From Paracoccus suum (GTDB lineage Bacteria; Pseudomonadota; Alphaproteobacteria; Rhodobacterales; Rhodobacteraceae), in the NCBI RefSeq assembly GCF_003324675.1, contig NZ_CP030918.1:2520001-2552000 (forward strand): a DNA stretch of 32,000 nucleotides, in the 5' to 3' direction. A program made the position numbers and the translations under genes. Positions 1 through 7,944 of this stretch are shown here, piece by piece; position 1 is the first letter of the stretch; each line of letters opens with the position of its first letter. The notes below the pieces were generated by a model that saw only the letters and a list, made by a program, of their open reading frames with translations, did not search any database and was not told where the DNA came from.

Positions 1-64
1 GGCCGACATGGTGGCGACACTGGCCGCCGAATTGCGGCAGGCCCAGTCAGCGTTGAACGGCTAA
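1..64 (+). CDS. 3' end of an unidentified upstream gene (partial at window edge)
   Basis: Frame 2 is open from the window edge (..ADMVATLAAELRQAQSALNG*) to TAA at 62-64. Only 20 codons are visible, so no product call is possible. Confidence 0.25.
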   Translation, partial: ADMVATLAAELRQAQSALNG

Positions 65-87
65 AGTTGCGCCGCTTGATTTCAGGA

Positions 88-161
88 TGGAGCGGGTGAA
101 GGGAATCGAACCCTCGTCGTAAGCTTGGGAAGCTTCTGCTCTACCATTGAGCTACACCCGC
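88..161 (-). tRNA. tRNA-Gly (anticodon CCC)
   Basis: Reverse complement reads GCGGGTG-TA-GCTC-AATGGTA-GAGC-A-GAAGC-TTCCCAA-GCTTA-CGAC-GAGGG-TTCGATT-CCCTT-CACCCGC-T-CCA. That gives a 74-nt cloverleaf with a 7-bp acceptor stem, canonical T loop, CCC anticodon and encoded CCA. It closely resembles the E. coli tRNA-Gly(CCC) sequence as I recall it. Confidence 0.9.
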
Positions 162-271
162 GCGCGCCCTGACTAAGGTCCCGCGCCGCGCCGGTCAAGC
201 GCACGGGCAATCTGATCCGCAAATCGCACCAGCGCGTTTCCCGACGAAATACGCCGCGCACCTGCGACGCG

Positions 272-691
272 TCAGCGCAGGCCCATCTCGGCCAACTCGC
301 GCAACAGATGCGGCGGCAGCACCGGCTCGGCCGCGCGCTCCTCGGACACGTCCTGCGGGGAATCGGCCTGCCTGAGGTAGCGCCAGCCCTGGAACGGGCG
401 GCGCGGCATGGCCGAGGTGCGCACCACCCGCCGGTCAAGGATCAGCGCGCAGCGGCGAATGCCGTCGGTGCCTGTGCGCTCGTCCAGCCTCAGCAGCCGC
501 TGGCGGGCCAGCATCACCCCTTTGAACACCCAGAAGATCGACCCCCCGGCCAGCAGTTCCGCCTCGCGTGTCGGCCACATGCGGGTGACATGTTCTGCCG
601 GCCCCTCGCCAAAGCGGCGCTGCCACTGTTCCAGCTCGCCGGGCGAGCCGCAGCCGACGCAAAGTTTCATCAGGTTGAGGTGCTGGGTCAT
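272..691 (-). CDS. DUF1489 family protein (conserved alphaproteobacterial hypothetical)
   Basis: 139-aa ORF. N-terminus MTQHLNLMKLCVGCGSPGELEQWQ and the overall length match my recollection of the DUF1489 family. The overlapping plus-strand ORFs are Arg/Pro-rich shadows. Confidence 0.7.
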   Translation of the reverse strand: MTQHLNLMKLCVGCGSPGELEQWQRRFGEGPAEHVTRMWPTREAELLAGGSIFWVFKGVMLARQRLLRLDERTGTDGIRRCALILDRRVVRTSAMPRRPFQGWRYLRQADSPQDVSEERAAEPVLPPHLLRELAEMGLR

Positions 692-804
692 GGTCGCAAG
701 TTATGGACCGGGGCGAGGGCGGACAAGGGCGCAGGGCCTGCCGGACGCTGCGAGCCTTCCGGCATCCACTGGTGCCGGGCGGCCTCATCCGCTATCCCTT
801 CGCC

Positions 805-1398
805 ATGAGCGATTTTCCGCCCCCCGCCGCCGGTCACAACCGCGGTCCCGCGACCGCCGGGGCCTCGTGGCGCGCCACCTGCTGGCGGCACGCGCGGGCC
901 GAATTGTTGCCGAATCTGCCGATCGAGGTGGTGCGGCTGCAGGTCCGCCGCGCCAAGGCGCTGGGCCTGCCCTACAAGACCTATGCCGGGGTTCGAGCGA
1001 GCACCGGGTGCGATCTGGTGGCCTTCCTGTTCTCGTCCAACGGTTTGGGACTGTTCCGCCAGACCGACCGATTGGCGGCCGGCCGGGCTGGTACGCTCGC
1101 GCGCCTCGCCGTCCGCCGTGATCTGGGGTGCGCGCCGGGCCTCAGCCCCAACAGCCTTGCGGACAGACTTGCGCTAGACGGCACGACCTTTGCCAGCGCC
1201 CGGGCGCTGCCGCCGTTCGGCGCCAGCTGGGGCGCGATGCGCACCGAAATGAAAAACTGGCTGGCTCGCGAAGGGCTGCCGGGTGATGCCGTGCTGTTGA
1301 TCGGCGCGACCGATCACGAGGCTGAAATGGCCGGGGCAGGGGGCCTTGCCGCCTTCCTGCCGGGCGAGACATATTTTGCGGAGGCTTGCCATGTTTGA
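805..1398 (+). CDS. hypothetical protein, translationally coupled to ribB
   Basis: ORF 703-1398. The first plausible ATG is at 805 (MSDFPPPAAG...). Its stop overlaps the ribB start (ATGTTTGA at 1391-1398). No recognisable domain. Confidence 0.5.
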   Translation: MSDFPPPAAGHNRGPATAGASWRATCWRHARAELLPNLPIEVVRLQVRRAKALGLPYKTYAGVRASTGCDLVAFLFSSNGLGLFRQTDRLAAGRAGTLARLAVRRDLGCAPGLSPNSLADRLALDGTTFASARALPPFGASWGAMRTEMKNWLAREGLPGDAVLLIGATDHEAEMAGAGGLAAFLPGETYFAEACHV

Positions 1399-2518
1399 AC
1401 AGCCCGGCCCGGTGGAGCGGGACTGGTCCGATGCCATCTCGAACATCGAGTCCATCATCGAGGACGCCCGCAACGGCCGGATGTTCATCCTTGTCGATCA
1501 CGAGGACCGCGAGAACGAGGGTGATCTGGTCATACCGGCGCAGATGGCGACGCCGGATGCGATCAACTTCATGGCGACCTATGGCCGCGGGCTGATCTGC
1601 CTTGCCCTGCCGGGGGCGCGCATCGACGCCCTCGGCCTGCCGCTCATGTCGCCGCGCAACTCCAGCCGGCACGAGACAGCTTTTACCCTGTCCATCGAAG
1701 CACGTGAGGGGGTCACGACCGGCATCAGCGCCCATGACCGCGCCCGGACCGTCGCCGTGGCTATCGACCAGGCGCATGGCGCGGCAGACATCGCCACCCC
1801 TGGCCACGTCTTTCCGCTGCGCGCCCGTGACGGTGGCGTGCTGGTGCGCGCCGGGCATACCGAGGCTGCGGTCGATATCGCCCGGCTCGCCGGGCTGAAC
1901 CCTTCGGGCGTGATCTGCGAGATCATGAAGGACGACGGCAGCATGGCCCGGTTGCCCGACCTGATCGCCTTTGCCCAGCGGCACGGCCTGAAGATCGGCA
2001 CGATCAGCGACCTGATCGCCTACCGTCGCCGCCATGACAACCTGATTGCCGAGCGCGGGCAGGCGCGCGTCACCTCGGCCCATGGCGGCGACTGGATGAT
2101 GCGTATCTTTGCCGACGAGACGCATGGCGCCGAGCATCTGGTCCTGACCCGCGGCGATCTGACTGCGCCCGGCCCGGTCATGGTGCGGATGCATGCCCTC
2201 GATCCGATGCACGACGTGCTCGGGATCGCGCGCCCCTCGGCCGGGGATCTGCCGCAAGCCATGCGCATGATCGCTGAGGAGGGCCGTGGCGTGGTGGTCC
2301 TGCTGCGTGATGTCGAGCCGCGCGTCACCCGGCCGGGCGAGGTCTCGCCCCAGGTGCTGCGGCAATATGGCGTCGGGGCGCAGATCCTGTCGGCGCTCGG
2401 CCTGTCCGAGCTGATCGTCCTCAGCAATACCGATCGCAGCCGCGTGGTCGGGCTTGACGCCTACGGGCTTTCCATCCATTCCACCCGCCCTATACCTCAG
2501 ACCGACCCCAAGGATTGA
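1391..2518 (+). CDS. ribB: 3,4-dihydroxy-2-butanone-4-phosphate synthase with a degenerate GTP cyclohydrolase II-like C-terminal domain
   Basis: The N-terminal half carries DHBP synthase motifs (ILVDHEDRENEGDLVIPA, GHVFPLRARDGGVLVRAGHTEA, ICEIMKDDGSMAR). The C-terminal half aligns to the RibA fold but lacks the Cys zinc triad: VRMHALDPMHDVLG sits where RibA has VHSECLTGD...CDCG. Start taken at ATG 1391 rather than 1346. Confidence 0.9.
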   Translation: MFEQPGPVERDWSDAISNIESIIEDARNGRMFILVDHEDRENEGDLVIPAQMATPDAINFMATYGRGLICLALPGARIDALGLPLMSPRNSSRHETAFTLSIEAREGVTTGISAHDRARTVAVAIDQAHGAADIATPGHVFPLRARDGGVLVRAGHTEAAVDIARLAGLNPSGVICEIMKDDGSMARLPDLIAFAQRHGLKIGTISDLIAYRRRHDNLIAERGQARVTSAHGGDWMMRIFADETHGAEHLVLTRGDLTAPGPVMVRMHALDPMHDVLGIARPSAGDLPQAMRMIAEEGRGVVVLLRDVEPRVTRPGEVSPQVLRQYGVGAQILSALGLSELIVLSNTDRSRVVGLDAYGLSIHSTRPIPQTDPKD

Positions 2519-2524
2519 CGCCGC

Positions 2525-3082
2525 ATGGCCGAGACTGCCGAGCATACCAGCCTGCCCTTGCCCCGGATCGACGGACCGGTGCGGCTGCTAATCGTCTGCG
2601 CGCCCTACTACCGCCGCATCGCGGACGATCTGATTGCCGGCGCGCGTGCCATGGCGGCCGATGGGGGCGCCTCGGTTGACCTGATCGAGGTGCCGGGGGC
2701 GCTGGAAATCCCGCCCGCAATCGCGATCGCAGCGCGGTCTGAGCGCTATGATGGCTATGTCGCGCTTGGCTGCGTCATCCGCGGCGAGACGACGCATTAC
2801 GACACTGTCTGCAATGACAGCTCGCGCGGGCTGACGGAACTGGGGCTGGCCGGATTTGCCATCGGCAACGGCATCCTGACGGTCGAGAACATGGACCAGG
2901 CCGCTGTGCGCGCGGCACCGGACGGCCAGAACAAGGGTGGCGGCGCGGCCGCGGCGGCGCTGCATCTGGTGGCGCTCGGCCGCCGCTGGCAGGGCCAGTC
3001 CGGGCGTCCCGACCGACGCCCGGCGGCGCACCGCGACCCGTTCCGCTTGGCGGTCGATCTGGACGGAAGCAGCCGTTCATGA
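2525..3082 (+). CDS. ribH: 6,7-dimethyl-8-ribityllumazine synthase
   Basis: Motifs VPGALEIP, YDGYVALGCVIRGETTHYDTVCN and GNGILTVEN. Position between ribB and nusB is conserved synteny. The last ~30 codons form an Arg/Pro-rich tail overlapping the nusB start (ATGA at 3079-3082). Confidence 0.9.
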   Translation: MAETAEHTSLPLPRIDGPVRLLIVCAPYYRRIADDLIAGARAMAADGGASVDLIEVPGALEIPPAIAIAARSERYDGYVALGCVIRGETTHYDTVCNDSSRGLTELGLAGFAIGNGILTVENMDQAAVRAAPDGQNKGGGAAAAALHLVALGRRWQGQSGRPDRRPAAHRDPFRLAVDLDGSSRS

Positions 3083-3576
3083 GCCAACCCGACCAGTCAG
3101 AGCGCCGAGCCCGCATCCAGCGGCGCAGCAGCGCCGCGCGCATCTACGCCGTGCAGGCCCTGTTCCAGATGGAGGCCGCCGGCCAGTCGGCCGAGCGTGT
3201 CGAGACCGAGTTTCGCCACTGGCGCATCGCCGCGCCCGACGCCGATGGGCCGGGCATTGAATCGCCCGAGGCGGACGAAGAGCTGTTCGGCCGCATCCTC
3301 GACGATGCTGTTACCTGGCAGGCGCGGATCGACCAGATGACCGACCGTGCGCTCGTCGACCGCTGGCCGCTCGACCGGATCGACCCGGTCCTGCGCGCGG
3401 TGTTCCGTGCAGCTGGCGCCGAGTTGATGGCGGCCAAGGCGCCGTCACGCGTGGTCATTTCGGAATACATGCGGGTGGCCGAGGCATTCTTTGCCGAGGG
3501 CCCCGAAGTCAAGCTGGTGAACGCAGTCCTCGACCAGGTCGCGCGCGCCGCCAGGCCCGAGGCATTCGGGGCCTGA
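3079..3576 (+). CDS. nusB: transcription antitermination factor NusB
   Basis: 165 aa. The SAARIYAVQALFQME opening and the ribH-nusB synteny are typical of NusB. Confidence 0.88.
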   Translation: MSQPDQSERRARIQRRSSAARIYAVQALFQMEAAGQSAERVETEFRHWRIAAPDADGPGIESPEADEELFGRILDDAVTWQARIDQMTDRALVDRWPLDRIDPVLRAVFRAAGAELMAAKAPSRVVISEYMRVAEAFFAEGPEVKLVNAVLDQVARAARPEAFGA

Positions 3577-3729
3577 TCGGCCCGCCGCCTTGATCTGCCC
3601 ATTCCCCCGCTCGACTGCGTTTCTGACGTGTGGCGTCCCCTGGTCACCAATCAAGTCCATTCCGACGTGTGCTGCTCGCCTCTTCTCTGGCCACTGGCGC
3701 GTCATCCCGCCGCGGGCTAAGCCGCCGCA

Positions 3730-4641
3730 ATGCTGATCGTTCTCGCGACATTGCTGCCGGATCTTGCGCTGATCGCGCTGGGAGGCTGGCTGGTGCGGCG
3801 CACTGGCGCCGAGGTGTGGCGCGGAATCGACCGGATCAATTTCGACCTGCTGCTGCCGGCGTTGCTGTTTCTGGCGGCGGCACGGCGGCCTGCCTCGCTC
3901 GCGGATCTCGGCACGATAGGTTTGTCGATCTGGGCGCTCGCGGGGATCGGGCTGCTGGCGGGCATGCTGCTGATGCCGAACGCCGGCCCGCAGGCACGGC
4001 TGGATTTTGCCGGACAGTGGCAAACCTGCTGGCGCTTCAGCACGCCGCTGGCCTTTGTTGCCGTCGCCGCGTTCCCGGACCGGGTCCAGGGCTTGATGGG
4101 GGTCGCGGTCGGGGCAGGGGTGCCGATCTCGAATCTGCTGGCGGTGACAGTGCTGTCGCGTGGCGGCGGCCTTGGTTTCGGGGCGACGTTGCTGCGGGTG
4201 GCGTTGAACCCGTTCCTGCTGGCCAGTCTTGCCGGCCTCGCGGTCGGCCTGCTGGACCTGCATCCACCGGGGCCGTTGATGGCCATGGCGCAACGCCTTG
4301 CCGATGCGGCGATCCCGATGGCGCTGCTGTCAATGGGCGCGACCCTCGATTGGCAGGCGCTGCATCGCCCGCGCCCCCGCGAGGCAGCTTTCGTCGCGAT
4401 CAAGCTGCTGGCTCTGCCGCTTGCGGCCTTGGTTCTGGGATTGGTACTCGGCCTGCCGGCCGATCAGCGCGCGGTCCTGTTGCTGATCGCGGCGTTGCCG
4501 ACCGCGCCTTCGGCGCATGTCCTTGCCGGGGTCTTTGGCGCCAACCCGCGCCCTGTTGCCACTCTGATCGCGCAGGGCACCATCGCGGCCGCACTGACGC
4601 TGCCCGTCTGGATGGTGCTGGCACTGCATTTTCAGGGATGA
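3730..4641 (+). CDS. AEC (auxin efflux carrier) family transporter
   Basis: 303-aa polytopic membrane protein. The N-terminus MLIVLATLLPDLALIALGGWLVRR and repeated hydrophobic segments are typical of AEC/membrane transport family proteins. Confidence 0.75.
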   Translation: MLIVLATLLPDLALIALGGWLVRRTGAEVWRGIDRINFDLLLPALLFLAAARRPASLADLGTIGLSIWALAGIGLLAGMLLMPNAGPQARLDFAGQWQTCWRFSTPLAFVAVAAFPDRVQGLMGVAVGAGVPISNLLAVTVLSRGGGLGFGATLLRVALNPFLLASLAGLAVGLLDLHPPGPLMAMAQRLADAAIPMALLSMGATLDWQALHRPRPREAAFVAIKLLALPLAALVLGLVLGLPADQRAVLLLIAALPTAPSAHVLAGVFGANPRPVATLIAQGTIAAALTLPVWMVLALHFQG

Positions 4642-4906
4642 GGCGGCGGGAACCGATGCAACCGTGTCGGCGCGAAATCCCGAGAGCCTGGCGTACCAGG
4701 TGGGCGCCGGGTAACGAGGCCAGGACCTCGCCAGAGCCAGCACCCTCGGAATATTTATAGGCCACTGGGAAAAGGCCGAACACGAGAAGAGCAGAAACCC
4801 GCCTGCGACCAGAAATAGGACGGCACGCCCTGTCGATCAAGGGGTAGCCGCGATACGGGCCGTCCGCGGGCTTGCACGATGTTTACGTTTCGTTCAATTT
4901 GGCGCC

Positions 4907-5386
4907 ATGCCAGTGACCGCAGCAAACCCCGTCCCCGACGACCCGGCGCTGCCGCGCGAGGCCGGTCAGCGCCTTGCCCGCGGCGTCACCCGGTTGATGC
5001 GCGAGATGCATCACGCCGCGCTGACCGAATTCGTCCCGATCCCGGGCCTGCGGGTCGATGTCATGGCCCTGACCCCAGCGGGCGAGGTCTGGATCATCGA
5101 GTGCAAGAGCTGCCGCGCCGATTTTCTGGCTGACCGAAAGTGGCAGGGTTACCTTGAGTGGTGCGACCGCTTTTTCTGGGCCACCGACTGCCATTTCCCG
5201 ACCGCTCTGCTGCCTGAGGAAAGCGGCCTGATCGTGGCCGATGCCTATGCCGCCGAACTGGTTCGCCCGGCGCCCCTCACGCGGCTGGCGGCGGCGCGGC
5301 GCACGCGTCTGACGCGCGACTTTGCCCGGGTCGCCGCTTGGCGCGTGCAGGCGATGCTGGATCCTACGGGTTGGTCGGGAAGCTAG
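4907..5386 (+). CDS. mmcB: MmcB family DNA repair protein (PD-(D/E)xK nuclease fold)
   Basis: Motif VDVMAL...VWIIECKSCRADFLADRKWQGYLEWCDRFFWA matches the D...E-x-K core and the conserved KW..Y...CD.F motif of MmcB-like proteins as I recall them. Confidence 0.7.
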   Translation: MPVTAANPVPDDPALPREAGQRLARGVTRLMREMHHAALTEFVPIPGLRVDVMALTPAGEVWIIECKSCRADFLADRKWQGYLEWCDRFFWATDCHFPTALLPEESGLIVADAYAAELVRPAPLTRLAAARRTRLTRDFARVAAWRVQAMLDPTGWSGS

Positions 5387-5400
5387 GGCAGGGGGCCAGT

Positions 5401-5622
5401 TCAGCCCTTTCGGCCCTTTGGACCGCCCTTCGGCCCCGCGCTCAGCGCTTGTGCCGCCTCGATCGCGGCCTGCAGTTCCTCGACGATCTCGGCCGCCTCC
5501 TCGGGTTCGAAGTCGAGCGGCAGTTCGATCCCCTCGCCCTCCACATAGATTCGGACCATGCCCTGGTCGGTCGGACCGATCTGCAGGCTGGCAGAGATAT
5601 CGCTTTCGCGGTTGATACCCAT
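5401..5622 (-). CDS. small acidic hypothetical protein
   Basis: 73-aa ORF (MGINRESDISASLQIGPTDQGMVRIYVEGEGIELPLDFEPEE...) with gene-like composition. The overlapping ORFs on either strand are low-complexity. No domain recognised. Confidence 0.55.
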   Translation of the reverse strand: MGINRESDISASLQIGPTDQGMVRIYVEGEGIELPLDFEPEEAAEIVEELQAAIEAAQALSAGPKGGPKGRKG

Positions 5623-5690
5623 CTGGATTTCTTTCCCGGTGCTGTCGATATTCTGGTAACGGGACGTTTAAGCCGGGGCAAGCGCGCCCC

Positions 5691-5719
5691 TTGCATCGCC
5701 TGCGCAGAGGCGGTAATGC
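5691..5719 (+). promoter_or_regulatory. candidate sigma70-type promoter for tRNA-His
   Basis: TTGCAT (5691-5696), a 17-nt spacer and TAATGC (5714-5719), ending 10 nt upstream of the tRNA 5' end. Pattern match only. Confidence 0.3.
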
Positions 5720-5729
5720 CCGGTCCCGT

Positions 5730-5806
5730 GCCGCCTTAGCTCAGTTGGTTAGAGCGCTAGATTGTGGATCTAGAGGTCCCCCGTTCAAACCGGGGAGGCG
5801 GTACCA
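5730..5806 (+). tRNA. tRNA-His (anticodon GTG), alphaproteobacterial type; integration target of the element
   Basis: GCCGCCT-TA-GCTC-AGTTGGTTA-GAGC-G-CTAGA-TTGTGGA-TCTAG-AGGTC-CCCCG-TTCAAAC-CGGGG-AGGCGGT-A-CCA, 77 nt. It has G1:U72, discriminator A73 and T at genomic position -1, so no encoded G-1. Confidence 0.92.
5757..5806 (+). repeat. attL: 50-nt direct repeat (tRNA-His from the 5' anticodon-stem strand to CCA)
   Basis: CTAGATTGTGGATCTAGAGGTCCCCCGTTCAAACCGGGGAGGCGGTACCA recurs at 15468-15517 with one mismatch (A5789 versus G15500). Flanking bases differ on both sides of each copy. Confidence 0.9.
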
Positions 5807-5812
5807 ACAAAA

Positions 5813-6325
5813 TCAGTAAGTTAGACCATCTTTGTCCACCTGCGCCAAAGCTTGTGTAAGCGATGCGTAAGCAGATGCGGGGGTCTCGGCACTGATGCCG
5901 CCGAATCCATCGGATGCCGCAGGCACGCCGAGGAATTTGTGCGTCACCCCTAGCCCATCGGTTCCGATCCTCGACCGCAGCAGCGTGAGCATCGGGAAGG
6001 GCTGGCGAGGCTTGCTCAGCCGCAGGAGTAAGGTGCCGCCAAGGTCGGGCAGGGTGAGCGGCTGCACCTTCACGGCGTCCGGGATCACGATGACCTTGAG
6101 GTCTGACGTATAGATGCCGGTGACACCCTGAAAGCTGCTTCCGTCGCTGGCGCTATCGAAGACGGCATAGCACCCGCAGAGGTACTCAAAGCTAAAGTTG
6201 CCGTCCGCCTCGACTGTGGCAGCTCCTTGAGCGTCCCGCATGACATGGAACAGCGCCGCAGGCTGACATGCGGGATTTTGTCGGGCAGCCCGCCACGCGG
6301 CCATGAACAGACGTGATTGCATCAC
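5813..6325 (-). CDS. hypothetical protein, last gene of the head operon
   Basis: 170-aa ORF. Start is GTG 6325 or ATG 6322, overlapping the portal stop (GTGATG). Its stop lies 7 nt from the end of attL. No recognisable domain. Confidence 0.55.
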   Translation of the reverse strand: MMQSRLFMAAWRAARQNPACQPAALFHVMRDAQGAATVEADGNFSFEYLCGCYAVFDSASDGSSFQGVTGIYTSDLKVIVIPDAVKVQPLTLPDLGGTLLLRLSKPRQPFPMLTLLRSRIGTDGLGVTHKFLGVPAASDGFGGISAETPASAYASLTQALAQVDKDGLTY

Positions 6326-7377
6326 TCGCCCCCGGAGTTGATCGGCTTCGACGCGCCTTCGGGCAGGTCAACGTTGTCCCAGCCGACCAGCGACATGGCC
6401 GTGGCGAGGGGCACCCCTGACTGCACGAGGCTACTCACCGACCGCGCCCGGCCCGCCGTGTCAGCCGTGGCGAGGTCTTGCAGGCCAAGCCGGGTCACCC
6501 CGATCTTGCGGGCCAGTTCGGGCGTGATTGCCCTCGCCAGCGGGTCTAGCGTCAGGGTCGTGAACAAGCGCAGGGCTTCTCGGGATGCGCCAGCGTTGCC
6601 CGACGCCGTGAACAGGCTTGGCGGAACCCCCGCAGCCGCAAGGACACGCTCGTGAAGGTCGCGGGTCGTCTCGACCAGAGGGACCCCGGACAGATCGGGC
6701 GTGAGTTCGACCCGCTTAAACTCTGACCGGCTGCCGCCCGTGTGATGCCCAAAGTCCTCTTTCGACCCCACGACCGCCAGCGAGCCGTGCCTTAGCCCCT
6801 GTAGCGCCGTGGTCTTTTGGTCCTCAGGCACCGTGCTTGGAATGGGCAGCAAGCCCTTGCCCGTATAGGGCAGCGCGGATGACACGGTTTGCTCAAGGTC
6901 AGCCAGCAGGGAGGCTGACAAGCCCATCAGCGCGAGGGGGGACCTTCCCCGCCACGGGCTTTCCGGGGCGGCGTTGATCGTCAGCTTGACCACTTCATCC
7001 TCAAGGGCGCGCACCGTCTTGCTACCGCCCGGCGTCGAGAGGGCGAGGCTGTAACGGCCCCCGGCATACTCCGACCAGCTAGCCGCCCTCCGCAGGGTGA
7101 GGCGGGACTGGTCCAGCCCGATGTGCCAGAGGCTTTCGCCCCGGAAAAACAGGTCCAGCCCTACAGCCGCGAGAATGTCGGGTGTGAGGTCGTCAACCGG
7201 GTCGGGCACCAGCATGGCGAAGGACCGCGACCAGATACCAGCGCAGGTGCCCACGGTCGCGGACAGGCTGGTCGTGTCGCCAGCCACGGCAATGCCTCGC
7301 CGCGCGTCGATGTACTGCGCCGTCACCACGGGCGTGGATCGCGTCTCGACCTCTGGGGTCTGCCAAGGCCACCTCAT
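6322..7377 (-). CDS. phage portal protein (HK97 family-like)
   Basis: 351 aa. The C-terminal region ERVLAAAGVPPSLFTASGNAGASREALRLFTTLTLDPLARAITPELARKIG matches the conserved portal motif (..FGVPp.ll....e....f...tl.P....i..el..kl). Start overlaps the upstream stop (ATGA). Confidence 0.8.
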   Translation of the reverse strand: MRWPWQTPEVETRSTPVVTAQYIDARRGIAVAGDTTSLSATVGTCAGIWSRSFAMLVPDPVDDLTPDILAAVGLDLFFRGESLWHIGLDQSRLTLRRAASWSEYAGGRYSLALSTPGGSKTVRALEDEVVKLTINAAPESPWRGRSPLALMGLSASLLADLEQTVSSALPYTGKGLLPIPSTVPEDQKTTALQGLRHGSLAVVGSKEDFGHHTGGSRSEFKRVELTPDLSGVPLVETTRDLHERVLAAAGVPPSLFTASGNAGASREALRLFTTLTLDPLARAITPELARKIGVTRLGLQDLATADTAGRARSVSSLVQSGVPLATAMSLVGWDNVDLPEGASKPINSGGE

Positions 7378-7940
7378 CGCCGCACCTCGCTAGCCAGAAG
7401 CGCCCCCGCCCCGGACCCGTAAAACAGCCCCTGAACCGCCTCGCGCGTCAGGGTCACGTCAGCCATGGTCTGACTGCGAAACTCGCGCCTCTGGGGCTGG
7501 TGGATCAGTTGATAAAGCGTCAGGTTCGCCGCCGCCCGCCGGACACACTCCGGGATGCTCACCGGGGCAGGGGTAGGGGCTTGCGTCAGCCTGTAGAGAG
7601 TGCCGCCGCCAAAGGTGCAGCGCCCGTGCATGTAGCGGCAGGTGTCGGGCTGGAACGTCTGTGACCCCTCGTCCCACCTCTCGGCCGTAACAATCGCCGG
7701 ATAGGGAAACCTCGGCCACACGTACGTCATCGGCTCGCTGGCTTCGACCAGTACTGTGCCAGCGGCGGTAGCCCTGTAGCAGCGTCCCGTGAAGTTCTCG
7801 ATCATCTCCCACGACGCCCCCAGGAACGCTGTGGCAAGGTCCAGAGATGCCCCAGCCTCTAGGGCAATGTCGCTGGCGGCAGGAACCGCCGGAACCGGGC
7901 CGGGCGAGAAATCGACTTGCAGAAACGTAATGCCGTGCAT
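7374..7940 (-). CDS. hypothetical phage protein; possible gp6-like head-tail connector/adaptor
   Basis: 188 aa. The segment WEMIENFTGRCYRATAAGTVLVE...WPRFPYPAIVTAERWDEG resembles the (e..TGR.l..qt....l......L...Pv.sv..v) pattern of gp6-like connectors. This is a weak call from memory. Confidence 0.45.
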   Translation of the reverse strand: MHGITFLQVDFSPGPVPAVPAASDIALEAGASLDLATAFLGASWEMIENFTGRCYRATAAGTVLVEASEPMTYVWPRFPYPAIVTAERWDEGSQTFQPDTCRYMHGRCTFGGGTLYRLTQAPTPAPVSIPECVRRAAANLTLYQLIHQPQRREFRSQTMADVTLTREAVQGLFYGSGAGALLASEVRR

Positions 7941-7944
7941 GGGG

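Noticed and set aside
703-804. Upstream extensions of ORF-track starts: 703 for the 805 gene, 1346 for ribB, 22736 for the GT4-GH fusion, 25229 for DUF883, 13555 for the 230-aa gene, 27629 for bolA.
   Set aside because: The extensions are Arg/Cys/Pro-rich and overlap the preceding gene or an intergenic promoter region. Internal ATGs give better SD spacing, better coupling and family-typical N-termini.
692-1390. FMN (RFN) riboswitch upstream of ribB.
   Set aside because: ribB is translationally coupled to the upstream ORF with no leader. The 692-804 gap lacks the conserved RFN core segments as I recall them.
1142-2545. 467-aa minus-strand ORF antisense to ribB. Similar long antisense ORFs lie at 3445-4293, 17312-18523, 18539-19633, 21577-23034, 22730-23578, 28164-29090 and 30222-31142.
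   Set aside because: These are typical high-GC shadow ORFs. They are Arg/Pro/Gly/Ala-rich and low-complexity with no recognisable motifs. Each lies fully opposite a gene with strong family signatures.
2990-3082. C-terminal ~30-aa Arg/Pro-rich extension of RibH overlapping nusB as a possible functional tail or frameshift.
   Set aside because: It is most simply explained by the high-GC read-through to the ATGA overlap with nusB. No independent signal is present, and it cannot be judged without orthologue alignment.
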